Positions 10,308-22,148 of a stretch of 64,000 nucleotides of DNA are shown in pieces (within the stretch, counting starts at the first letter, position 1; every line of letters begins with the position of its first letter). Source of the DNA: Calcarisporiella thermophila CBS 279.70 (lineage: Eukaryota > Fungi > Calcarisporiellomycota); assembly GCF_041956535.1 (NCBI RefSeq), contig NW_027192223.1, positions 45,879 to 109,878 of the forward strand, written 5' to 3'. The notes under the pieces are model-generated. The model saw only the letters and a program-made list of their open reading frames with translations. It searched no databases and was not told the DNA's origin. Both the position numbers and the translations under genes were made by a program.

Positions 10308-11541
10308 TTGACATCAAACTTAGAATACACTAGGTACTCATCACTCATTGCTACTTTATTTAATTTTAATTTTGAATAAAGCTCTCTGAATGTATTTTAA
10401 AGCCTTTTAACCAATGCATATACTATTTTCAAACCAACTCTGCCTGGTAATAACTACAATATCGTTATCAATGGCACTATTAATTATCAATCGATTCAAA
10501 GTAAATATATTAACATACTAAGAAAAAACAATTATTAACGAAAATACGAGATTACTACAGCAGCATATCATGTAAATTGATATTAATATTAAGAAGGATA
10601 CTTCAGCTCAATATTTTTAATGAGATTGTAGCGGAATGCTTGTATGGAATATTTAGTAGTAAGTTTTGAAAATGAAAAGGAAATAATATAAAAATGCGCT
10701 AGAAGATATTTTCATTAAAGGTCTTGAATTATTTTATATTAAACCGTGAAATTTTCAATAGTTTTAAATAATGCCTCATATATGCTTGAGTATTATGACA
10801 ATATCTTTTTTATATACAAATGCCCCAACAGTCTAATTCAGCTACACATGAAACTTGGTGTTGAGTTATATTATGTTATATATGGGTTAGGTACGAATGA
10901 TCAGAAAATCTTTAATTAAATTAATACATTTTGCTCCTCCTATTGAATCGGATGCTTCATCGAAGCTCTGTGCCGATTTCCAACTTTTAAGTGCATTTGA
11001 ATCCGTTTCAATTTTAGGCTTGCAGAAAACTTGAAGGGCCCTTATTGTTGAAAGACTCGAAATGCTTGAAATCAGCTATGCGGGTGGGATATCAACCAGG
11101 CATTCAGGCTAGTGCACTTTTCTGCCTGCAGGCCAGTGGCAGCGTTGGTGGCTGGGAAAGGATCAAGGAAGTATGATTTAATTAGAGATAACCCAGTATG
11201 GCTTAAATATATATTCCACAAGAACCATGTGAAAAATATTGCGTTCAAGTGGCAATCTGCGTGCTTATTTTGATCTCATTAAAAGATAGAAACTTTATTA
11301 CTCTAGTCATATTTTGGAAATATAAATTTGACAGCTGAAATTAGAATATTTCTATCGAAGTTGCGTTTTATTTCTATTTACGCTTGATATCAAGTAATAA
11401 TAAACAACATAAAATAATGGGAAGAAGTCGCGATGCCATCCAAACAAAGTGTAACTGTAACAAATTATATAATATTAAGAATTGGAGTAACATATCCCCC
11501 CTAACATCCCACTTCCACTATTTTGCAGGATATCCATCTCT

Positions 11542-12244
11542 CTATTCACTTGAATCAGAATATTTTTGATTCTGCTCAACATACTGCTGTAGTGCAAACA
11601 CCAGGTTTTGAGCATTCTGTGAGAGCAGGGCATGTAATCTCCGTGTGGGTTCTTGTAATACTCCTATGAGTTCTGCCCGTAATTGCTCCATTCCAGGCAA
11701 ACTCGCCACACGCTCAAGTCCAGCATGATCAAGTAAGGCGCCCTCTGCTTTGCCGCCCACAACCAATATTTTACGATGCTTTCCAACAACCTTCATAAGA
11801 TCAGTAAGCGAAGCGGTCTCAGAGGAGATAAGACAAATAGGACCAACTGCCAAAGGACTCAGGTTTTCAACAGGAGAATCACGAAGAGCAGCTTGAAGTA
11901 TACGCAAACGCACAACTTGGGCGCGAGCATCCAGAGGAGAGAGTTGTTGACGTAGGAGCGTGAATTCGTTGACATTGAGGTTGTTGTGTTGAGCTACAAG
12001 CAGTGTACGCGCTTTGAGATGCTCAGCATATTGATTATACAGATAAGCGCGGCGCGGAGGATGTGGTTTAATTCGCTGACGTCCAGTGGACGGAGAGGTC
12101 TCGTGAGCCATGTGTCTAATTTGGATCATCTCTATTTAATAGAAGAAAAAATAAATAGGATAAATCAAGAAGAAAATATTCGCCCAACTAACCAATGCTG
12201 GACCGAATGTTCTGATTCACCACACGAGATAGAGGGCAACGCAT
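11542..12244 (-). CDS. Mitochondrial ribosomal protein uL10m (yeast Mrpl11-like), 2 exons
   Basis: L10 family pattern (QHNNLNVNEFTLLRQQL..VVGGKAEG..VASLPGMEQLRAELIGVL). Exon 1 from ATG 12244 is an Arg/Ser-rich presequence spliced in frame. Confidence 0.85.
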
Positions 12245-12471
12245 ATTATTAAGGTTAGGTAGTAGCGTATTCATTGTTGCTTTCAACTAGCCTTGCTAAT
12301 AAATTGCCTCAGTTAAGTCTGTTGTCCCCTAATGTAAGTTGATGTTTGTGGCGCAGTATTCTTTTTCACCAAGCAGATTTTCAATATAAGAGGTGTATTG
12401 AAAATGAGAATAAAAAAAAATATAGCGAAATATGAGCTATGAAAGGAAGAGAAACGGACAAGCTTAATTGC

Positions 12472-14483
12472 CTAAGGATGTTTTTTAGATGATCTAGGCG
12501 TTTTTTTCGAAGGCGCTTTCGCTGGAGTACTCGTGGGAGCTTTTACCGGTGTCTCATTTACAGTATTGCCCTTAAGTTTTTTCTCCACCTTTTGAAGAGT
12601 TTTTCCTGCTTTTCTCTGCTTCACATCCTCCTCCTTCTCTTTAGCCAAGAGTTCTTGCTTTCTGTTCTGCAGCTTAGCAACCTCGGCCTCTTTCCGTTTT
12701 CGCCCGTACTCGATTTTGTTGTATAATTTCTGTTGCTTTCGTGTCATCATAATCTTAGCGAGCTCGTGAACTTCTTTCTCTTCGCTCTGCACCGTAGTTA
12801 TGCGCGATTTCTTTGCCTTTTTGTTTTCATTTTCTTGAACCTCAGTCTTGGATTTGCGCTTGCGAGCTCCAGCAGATTGTTCGACATAATCGCTATATGA
12901 AATGCCCGCTGCTTCAGCTTCGAGTTCCTTCTGATAGACGTCTTCCTCATCCTCCTCCTCCTCCTCCTCCTCCTCAAATTCTTCTTCATTTCCCTCATCA
13001 TCCTCATCATCCTCATTCTCAATTCCCATTTCTCCATCAATCTGCTTGTCATCACCCCTAACATCATCGTCGTTAGTCTTATTTTCCGGCTCAAAACCAT
13101 CTATTGCTTCTTTTGGAACATAATCTCCTTCTTTTACTTCAACGAATGGACTCAAATGGGGTGGAAGCGTCTGACCGGGGCCATAGGGCTGCGTGCGTAG
13201 TAGTTTCTTCGCATTAACGCAATCATATACCCATTGCGGTTGCACGTAATTGCGCGTAAGATGTTGCTTCCCAGCATCTGGTCGATCACACACTTGATGA
13301 GTTATGCGAGCGTCACTTTCCATGTAAGGTGAACCAGCTCCTAGTACTGGATCCCACCCTACGTTTCCACCGAATGCCCGCACAATGAACTCGAGAGAAT
13401 ATCGCGGCACTTCACGTGAAAGATAAATAACACAACCAGCAAAGAGACGCTGGTGCTCACGCTCCTCAATATGTGCCTGTTTAATATCCTCGAGTGTAAA
13501 TCCACGCATCTCTTCGGTCGGCTTTTCAAATATTTTATCCTCCACACTTCCTACCATAGCCTCTTCTCCATCGTCAGCTGGTTTCTCGCCTTCTTCGCTA
13601 AAGTCGTCCGATTTTTCCACTACCCATGCGTCTAATCCCGCAGCCCCGTTGGCGAGAGAAGTATCTTGGCGTGGAGGGTACACCAACTTTAAGTCTGAGA
13701 AAAGGCGGAAATTCACAAACCCAACTAGGGTACGATAAAACTCAAGGAAAGTGAGCATCACTCGAAAATCAACATCCGAAGGCACAGCTTGGCTGAACTG
13801 GTATGGAACGACCCATGTGATGGGCTGCCCGTGGATTTCTGCCTGGTAATAAATCCCTTTGATAGAAAGAAAAGTTTTGCGTAAAGCGCGTGCGCGAATA
13901 ACATAGTGCTGAAATTCAGCCGAGAGTCGCTGGCAATCTTCAATTAATTCAGATTTAACCTTGTCAGTTTGTGGCATAGTTGCAAAAAGAAAGATCATGC
14001 AAAGTGCGTCGTCAAGATCACGAAGTGCGTCAATGAATGATGGGTAACGCTCTTTCACAATGTGGTCGAGAGTATATGTAGGTTTATTTTCGCGAAGTGA
14101 ACGAGCAATACTGTATTCTTTGCGCACGGCTGCCTTGGCGAGCTTGCGAACGAACACTTTGTGTTCGCGGAATTTTTGGAGAAGAGGTTCATGGAGTAAG
14201 TATTGAATGTCTTTGGTGTAATAGAAAGTAGTAGGCTTCGTCGATCCCTTGTTTGCTTTCTTCTTATTTTTAGGCTCACGAGGGTAGATACCCTTGAGAA
14301 TACATAAGCGCCTAGAAGAATGGAGTGGAGGGAGAATTAGTGTCAATTCAACAAAGTTAACGAAAATTGCAATCAAATTTACCGAAAATCAGCCAAGCTC
14401 ACTTGAAGTTTCTTTACAGCAAGTGAACGGGTTATATAATTCGTAGCCGCTCCCGCCTCTCCTTTCTTCTTGATCTTTCCCAT
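12472..14483 (-). CDS. NOP7: Pescadillo / Nop7 (PeBoW complex, 60S biogenesis)
   Basis: [24 protein letters not shown]|[14 protein letters not shown]-terminus, BRCT region (FLSREVPR-like, [29 protein letters not shown]) and acidic tail. Confidence 0.97.
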
Positions 14484-16285
14484 GGTCGAATATCTCTGCT
14501 TACAATAATGAGAAAGGTAGAGGATTTCTAAAAAATTGAGACTAGTAAAATGTTTACATGTGGCTTGGTGCCAGTCTCAGAAAAGCTGTCACATCAATAA
14601 TTGCATTAAACTTCTTGATTTTGAATATAAAGTTGTATATGTAAACGATTTGAAATGGTCCAATTATCAATGACTTTCAACATAGTATACCTGAAAATAT
14701 AATCGAGGCAAACTTTATAGGTTGGAAGCTTACTAATATTTAGTAGAAATCATGGCGATGGTGAAGGTAACTTAAGCAACGATCATTCTGTTATAATAAT
14801 AAACGTTTTGGTTGCCAGTTATACGTCAATTATCCAAAGCTATTGAAATCTAATGGCTATTGGCAAATTGAAATAAACGAATCATCTCATATCTGTAACT
14901 AATTCTAATATATTTGAGCGAATATCCAGGCGCTTGCAATCACAGCAGCAAAACTACAAATATTTATATTCTTATATTATTAAATCCGTTATGATTGTTG
15001 AGTCAATAGAATAACTAATAAAGGGAAATAATTCCATTGTGAAGTAGTTTCACCCACAATTAAAATACCATAGAATTCTGTACAAAATACCAGAAAAACA
15101 CTTGTAACTTGATTTTGAATAGCCCCTCATACATGAAATAGATCTCATTAATCGGAAAATCTCTATAATCACTTTATTTATTTCATATTCACTAGTCCTA
15201 TCAATTTACTTGAGCAGACTTTGTGATTCTATGGTTTATATTCGGCCAATATATCTGTAGAATTGTCATTTGGTTCGACTGATTTTTTTGGTAAGAGCTA
15301 TTCAATATATGTGATCTTAACATACAAAATGAGACTTGAAGAGACCAGGATATGCCTTTAAAACATAAACACAATTCTATTTCATATCTTGACGAATAAA
15401 CAATTTAATATAAAAAAGCTGATCTAAACTTGATTGCATTCATGGAGAAGACATACTAAATGTCCTACATCCTTTCATGCTCACCTAAATACCCTGTCCA
15501 ACATAACAATGAACAGCTAACATATTTAGAATCCAATGCAATCTTTGATTCAGTGAGCACCATTACTTCACATCAAAGATTAATATTTACGAGCTTACTG
15601 ATGTGAAATCATTTAGTTTGCCTTTTTTTTTTATTTATTCTCCTTAGATTTTTACAGAGTCATGTATTTATACAAAATATTTTTATACAGTATTATATTG
15701 GGCCCCATTAGGATGGTCAGATCGGAGGCTATGGTCGAATTGTGAAAAGCCAATAGCAGTACTCTATACCTGTATTTAACCATTTTTACTATTCCTATAC
15801 TCTATCTCGCCAGGCTCTCTCCAAATTTGTAGGTAAAGATTGTAAAAACACACACCAGATGTAGGTTCAATTTTATCAGTTTTTATTAACACCACATCCA
15901 TTTCTTAGGACTACTTCTGTTATTTCAATTTAAAGAAAAATACCTAGACTTTGTACTCCTTATATTTTATTGTTTTTTGGGATTCAACCATGTGTGATTC
16001 TTTTTTACATAAATGAAACCCTTATTACCTTCTGAGTACAGATATTCATATATACATTAAATTTTGTACTAGCGTTTTATTAAATTGATATAGAGGAGAA
16101 AGTTAAAGAATAGTTTAAACAAATCTGTTGACAACCTTGTTGGGTGGCATGTAGAACAATTCTAAGACATTGAAATAAGGTGGCTTAGAAAATACGTCAA
16201 TCAAGTAGCCCACACACTCTTTCCTTTTCTGTTGGAAACGCGTAGAATACCCTTTTGACTTTTTTCTTGACAACATATATCAACA

Positions 16286-17276
16286 ATGGCTGACACTGCA
16301 AAGAACCCCGCTGTAGAAAATGTGCAGCAAGAGGTGAGTAATATGTTATACTGGATGGATGGATGTATCAAAGATGATAGAAGATGAACATGGAGTTCGT
16401 ATAACCATATGGAACATTGAGCAAAATGATCATCTTATTTTTGGATCTCAGTTATATCCATGCTTTTAACTCATAATCTCTATATAATTATCTCAGTATT
16501 TTATTGTTCTAATCTTTATGATCATTTGATCTTAATATAGGAGGAAGTTGAAGCTTCTCCCGATGTTCATTTTGAGCCCATCGTGAAGCTCGAAGAGGTT
16601 GAGGTCAAGACGATGGAAGAGAATGAGGATGTTCTCTTTAAAATGTACGTGTTTACAAAAAGGGTTTTGAGCACAAGCTGATTTATAATTGTGGTTATAC
16701 TGCGTTATGATATAGGCGCGCCAAGCTTTTCCGTTTCGAAAAGTCCAGTAATGAGTGGAAGGAACGTGGCACTGGAGATGTTAAATTTTTGCAGCATCGT
16801 GATGATAAGCTAGTTCGACTTGTGATGCGCCGTGACAAAACCCACAAAGTGTGCGCGAATCATTTAAGTATGCCAAAGATTTCAATTTCGGCATTACATT
16901 GAAGTAATGTGTTAATTTAATTTTTTTAGTTCATCCTGATATGAAACTCTCCCCTAATGTGGGTTCGGACAGGAGCTGGGTTTACGCTGTTGCTGCTGAT
17001 CTTTCTGATGGTGAGCCCAAACCAGAAACTCTTGCCATCCGCTTTGCAAACTCTGAAAGTACGTGCTGAAAGATGTATATTATGTCTTCATTGATTCTCA
17101 CTCGACTCGATTGTTGATTAGACGCTAACCAGTTCAAGGAAAAATTCGAAGAGGTTCAAAAGAATAACAATGAGCTTCTGACAAAGAAAGAGGGTAAGGC
17201 TACCTCCGAAGAGAAGAAAGAAAAGAAAGAGGAGGAGGAAGAGAAGGTGAAGGAGGAGGAAGAGGAGCAGCTTTAA
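16286..17276 (+). CDS. YRB1: Ran-binding protein 1 (RanBP1), 5 exons, absent from the ORF track
   Basis: Spliced translation: [96 protein letters not shown]. Confidence 0.95.
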
Positions 17277-17499
17277 ATATGATATTGTAGCTTAGACCCC
17301 CATGCATTTCTTTTTCGAACATTTATTTTACTTCTTCCTTCTACTCTTACACCTTTTATTTTGGTCGATTTTTTCTTGAAATGAAAAAATATATAAATAA
17401 CTCAAATAATTCCTATTCACTTAATATATCTATATATTTTCTCTTTATATTTCAAAATCTATAAAGGAATCATTAAATCTGCAGATGTTCGATTCGGTA

Positions 17500-17507
17500 T
17501 GTGACTG
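17500..17507 (+). promoter_or_regulatory. HomolD-type box TGTGACTG upstream of NOP58
   Basis: Exact reverse complement of CAGTCACA, about 110 nt before the ATG; recurs upstream of six other genes. Confidence 0.65.
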
Positions 17508-17612
17508 CTTCGTGACAATTGATTTACTGTAAACAATAAAATAGCGAAGAAAAAAATCTTTGTTCTTTCTTTTCACTCTTTGTTAAGAGTTCCGCCATTA
17601 ATCCATCTTAAC

Positions 17613-19530
17613 ATGCTTGTGCTTTTTGAGACACCGGCGGGCTACGCCCTTTTTAAGCTTCTTGATGATGGCAAGATTGAAAAACCAGAGGAGCTCTATA
17701 AAGCTTTTGAGTCGCCAGAGAGTGCTAACAAGCTGTAATTTTCAGGGTTTTGGTACATGCTTAATCTTTTTCTAAAATCCTTTTTTATTTCAATAGTGTC
17801 AAGTTGCAAGCCTTTGGCAAGTTTGAAAATACGACTGATGCCCTTTCTGCGGTAACTGGAATTGTGGAAGGAAAACTACCTAAAAATCTCAAAGAGTTCC
17901 TCTCTGCTGAGCTAAGTGAAAAAGATATCAAAAAAGAGAGCCTTATCGTTGCTGACCCAAAGCTTGGTAATCTTTATATTTTTGGCAAAAGATTCTTTTA
18001 TATCCCTGACTATTTTAACACTTAAATTAGGTTCTGCAATTAACAAAAAGGTTGGCATCAAGGTTGTTTCGGATTCCACTGTACTGGATCTCTATCGTGG
18101 TATTCGTGGCCAACTCGAATCACTTCTTACCGGCCTTTCCTCTCAAGATCTTAACTCAATGATCCTCGGCTTGTCACATTCCCTTTCACGCTACAAGCTC
18201 AAATTCTCTCCCGACAAGGTTGATACTATGATTGTGCAAGCCATTGCTCTTCTCGATGATCTTGATAAAGAATTGAATACCTACGCCATGCGTGCTAAAG
18301 AGTGGTACGGCTGGCACTTCCCTGAAATGGGCAAGATTATCGTCGATAATCTTGTTTACGCTAAAGTTGTGCGTGCAATGGGCTTCCGATCGAATGCGCA
18401 AGAAACAGATTTTTCTGCGATTCTACCTGAGGAACTGGAAAAGGAACTGAAAGATGCTGCAGAGGTGTCAATGGGCACAGAAATCTCAGATGAGGATCTT
18501 ATCAATATCAATGCTTTGTGTGACCAAGTTATCACAATGTCAGAATATCGTGCACAACTCTATGAGTACCTAAAGAATCGTATGCAAGCCATCGCACCGA
18601 ATCTTACAATGTAAAATACTAAAACGGAATCTTTATTTTTGGGTTAACATCAAAATTAATATTTATTTCTTTTCGTCTAGGCTTGTAGGAGAACTCGTTG
18701 GCGCTCGCCTCATTGCGCACGCTGGCAGTCTAATGAATCTTGCAAAACATCCAGCTAGTACTGTCCAAATCCTTGGAGCCGAGAAAGCATTGTTCCGTGC
18801 GCTTAAAACTAAACATGATACACCCAAATATGGTCTTATCTATCATGCAAGTCTCGTGGGTCAGGCGGGTCCAAAACTAAAGGGCAAGGTAACTAAACTT
18901 AGGAGAAATCATACTATTGTTTATAGTTATTTTGCTAACAATTTAACTTTTGTTCATGCTTCAATAGATCGCCAGAATGGTTGCTACTAAGGCTGCTATT
19001 TCCATTCGTGTTGATGCACTTGGTGACAAAGATACTCCTGAAGTTGGTATGGAAAATCGGGCAAAAGTGGAAGCACGCCTACGACAACTTGAGGGTCGCG
19101 CTGGTGTAAAAGTTAATGTTGACAAGAGTGCTAAACAGCAGAAGAAATTTGAATTTACACCGTAAGTACAATTGTTTCTATATATTAAAATCGCAAAATT
19201 GTGATTCACACAGCTTTTTTGTGTTTATTCTGCATCAGATCAAAGACCTATAATGCATCGGCGGATGCTGCAGTTGGAGAGAAGAAAGATAAGAAACGGA
19301 AAGTAGATGACGAGGCTATGGATGAGGATGAAAATAAAGAAGAAAGTGGTGCAGAGGAGGAAGAGGAAGAAGAAGAAGAGGAAAAGAAGAAAGAGAAGAA
19401 AAAGAAAGAGAAGAAGGAGAAGAAAGAGAAAAAGAAAGACAAGAAGGAGAAGGAGGATAAAAAGAGGAAAGCTGAAGATGAGAGTGAATCAAAGGAAAAG
19501 AAGAAGAAGAAGAAGAAGGAATCAAAGTAG
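17613..19530 (+). CDS. NOP58: Box C/D snoRNP core protein Nop58, multi-exon
   Basis: [15 protein letters not shown] start, [70 protein letters not shown] and KKE-rich tail. Confidence 0.97.
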
Positions 19531-19824
19531 GAATGCTGATAGATATGTATTAAGTAAAATGATTCAATTTTTGCAATAAATGAAACAATACAAGTATAAT
19601 ATATAGCTAATTTTTGGCAAATTTGATAGTCTTTTCTCTGTCGTTAAGTATATTAGTATGGTGTGGGTAAGAAAAGAACTTGCAATGAATTTGAAGACAT
19701 TGGATTTTTATTTTCATGTTCACTTTGTTCATGAAATTACTTTGAAAAAAAAAGTTGAAGGGCTTTTTATTTGACTACGTATTTATTAAATAGTCAAATC
19801 ATAATGAACTCTCTTAGAAAGATT

Positions 19825-19832
19825 TGTGACTG
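19825..19832 (+). promoter_or_regulatory. HomolD-type box TGTGACTG upstream of NOG2
   Basis: Exact 8-mer about 130 nt before the ATG. Confidence 0.65.
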
Positions 19833-19956
19833 CTAAAAACTTTGTTTGACGAACAAAGCGTAAACAAACTATATGTGAAATAAATAGGTAGATTTTGAGC
19901 AAATTTTTGGCAAACACTCTTTCTCTCTTATTTTCTTTAAATTTTAATTTTTGATA

Positions 19957-21841
19957 ATGGGTAAAGCAAAAGGGAAGCAACCGGATGATGGCGAACCTCG
20001 CACTCGCGTTAAAGGAGAAAATTTCTATCGGGATGCAAAAAAGATTAAATACATTAATATGTTAAAAGGGGGGAAAGCAATTCGTGATTCTAAAGGACGA
20101 ATCATTAAAGCAGCTGAATTTCAGAATCGTGAGGCCCCTATTGCTAGAGTACAGCCGAATCGAAAGTGGTTTGGTAAGACAATATGCATTGATAATGTAA
20201 ATTTTTAATTACTGACCTTAAATGCATTTTAAGGAAATACTCGTGTCATTGGACAGAAAGCTCTTGAAAATTTCCGTGAGAGCATGTCCAAAAAAATGAA
20301 TGATCCTTATCAAGTACTTCTACATCAGAACAAGCTGCCTATGAGCTTACTTCAAGATCCTCAGAATACTTCCAAAATGCATATTCTCGAAACAGAATCA
20401 TTCTCTCATACTTTTGGATTAAAATCACAACGTAAGAAGCCAAAACTTGCAGTTGGAAGTCTTGAGGAACTGATGGAGAAAGTAGACCAAACACAAGGTA
20501 ATTCGATCGTATGATATTAAGTTTTGAAATTATTGCTTATTCACTCTACCTGCAGAAAATTATGTCGAATCCAAGGATTCATCTCTACTCTCGAACAAAG
20601 TTACTGATTATGTGGAAGAAGCTCGTGACAGTGTATATCAGAAGGGTCAATCCAGGCGTATCTGGAATGAGCTTTACAAAGTAGTCGATTCCTCTGATGT
20701 ACTTATTCATGTTCTTGACGCTCGTGACCCAATGGGAACACGTTGCAACGCAATTGAAAATCATTTGAAAAAAGACGCGCGTCACAAGCATCTTATTTTC
20801 GTGCTGAATAAGTGTGATCTCGTACCAACTTGGATAACTGTAAGTATTTTTCTTTTTTTCTGTTTCTCCTTCCCACAATTAAGTCAGGGTACTCATTTTT
20901 ACCTCTGTGATGGGATACCCGTTACAATTGTGGGAGAGCAATATCACCTCAACCCAGAGCTTCGCCTTGTTATAAGGCATCTCTAACCTGAGAGTGGTCG
21001 TTCTGAAAGAGTTGAAGAGTGTTGGCTAAATATAATCTACCATGCTTTTCATAGTATTAGAACAAACATTTCTTTAACTGTTTTTTTAATCATGACTAAA
21101 TGCTTTTGATTTTTCCACTAGGCACGATGGGTCAAAGAGCTTTCGAAAGAATATCCTACGCTTGCCTTTCATGCTAGCATCAATAACTCCTTTGGCAAGG
21201 GATCTCTAATCAATCTATTGCGACAATTTGCTTCCTTGCACTCTGACAAGCGACAAATCAGTGTTGGCCTGATAGGATATCCAAATACTGGAAAATCTTC
21301 CATTATCAATACATTGAAGAGTGATCGTGTATGCAGTGTCGCACCCATTCCTGGTCAGACAAAAGTCTGGCAGTATGTGACTTTGACACGGCGAATCTAT
21401 CTTATTGATTGCCCTGGTGTTGTGCCACCAAGCACCGAAGATTCAGAGACACAAATTGTACTCAAGGGCGTTGTGCGTGTAGAAAATATAAAGCAACCGG
21501 AAGAGCATATTCCTGCAATACTGGAACGTGTGCGCACAGAGTATATTATTCGTACATACGGAGTACAACAATGGGATGATTCGATTGATTTCTTAGCAAA
21601 AGTGGCGAAGAAGTCAGGGAAATTGCTAAAAGGTGGAGAACCGGACCTTAACACGGTGAGCAAAATGATTTTGAATGATTGGCTCCGTGGTAAGATCCCA
21701 TATTATACCAAACCTCCGTCTGTAAACGAAAATGATGATGGAGAAGATGAGGAAAATACCGAATTAGTAGATGAGGAGGAAGTTATGGATGAAGATGAAG
21801 AGGAATTACAGCAAGGTGAAAGTAGTAAGAGTGGTGCCTAG
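19957..21841 (+). CDS. NOG2: Nucleolar circularly permuted GTPase Nog2/GNL2, 4 exons
   Basis: NGP1NT N-terminus ([20 protein letters not shown]), [43 protein letters not shown] and DCPG. Confidence 0.97.
20870..21071 (+). ncRNA. SNR191: Intronic H/ACA snoRNA, snR191/U19 (SNORA74) family
   Basis: Lies in the 282-nt third intron of NOG2 (20840-21121). It has a perfect 10-bp stem TCCCACAATT/AATTGTGGGA, H box AGAGCA (20935-20940) and ACA followed by TTT (21066-21071). Pocket strands AGTCA/GTTAC and GAGAGT/TAGT are complementary to LSU rRNA helix 69 (GUAACUAUGACUCUC). Confidence 0.9.
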
Positions 21842-22148
21842 AGTTTTATATTATGTTAGCTATATTAGTTTATGCATCTTCGCATACTGTACAGTTTTGT
21901 TTTGTTTCTTTTACATGTTCTGTGCCAGTGGAAAATTACCCTCTTTCAATATATTTTGAAATCGAGTGAATTCTCTAAACTGGCAGGTTCATTTTGTATC
22001 TACATTAAATTGATTTTCCCACGATGCATCAAATTCCAATTTGAAACTATTAAATATGATAAAATATTGCAAAAAAGATATTGGGTTAATTATATACTCT
22101 ACGATGTGTGTCAATTTTTTATTAATAAGAGTGAACATATAATCATAT

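Noticed and set aside
10930-11180. GC-richer patch with short ORFs (e.g. MRVGYQPGIQASALF..)
   Set aside because: No recognisable domain, RNA structure or repeat boundary.
12940-13020. GAG/GAT trinucleotide runs here and K/E-rich runs at 19300-19530 and 62620-62660
   Set aside because: These are ordinary acidic or basic low-complexity tracts of nucleolar proteins.
16334-16540. 207-nt first intron of YRB1 as a possible snoRNA host
   Set aside because: There is a weak terminal stem but no convincing C (RTGATGA) plus D (CTGA) pair or H/ACA layout. Long first introns are common in highly expressed genes.
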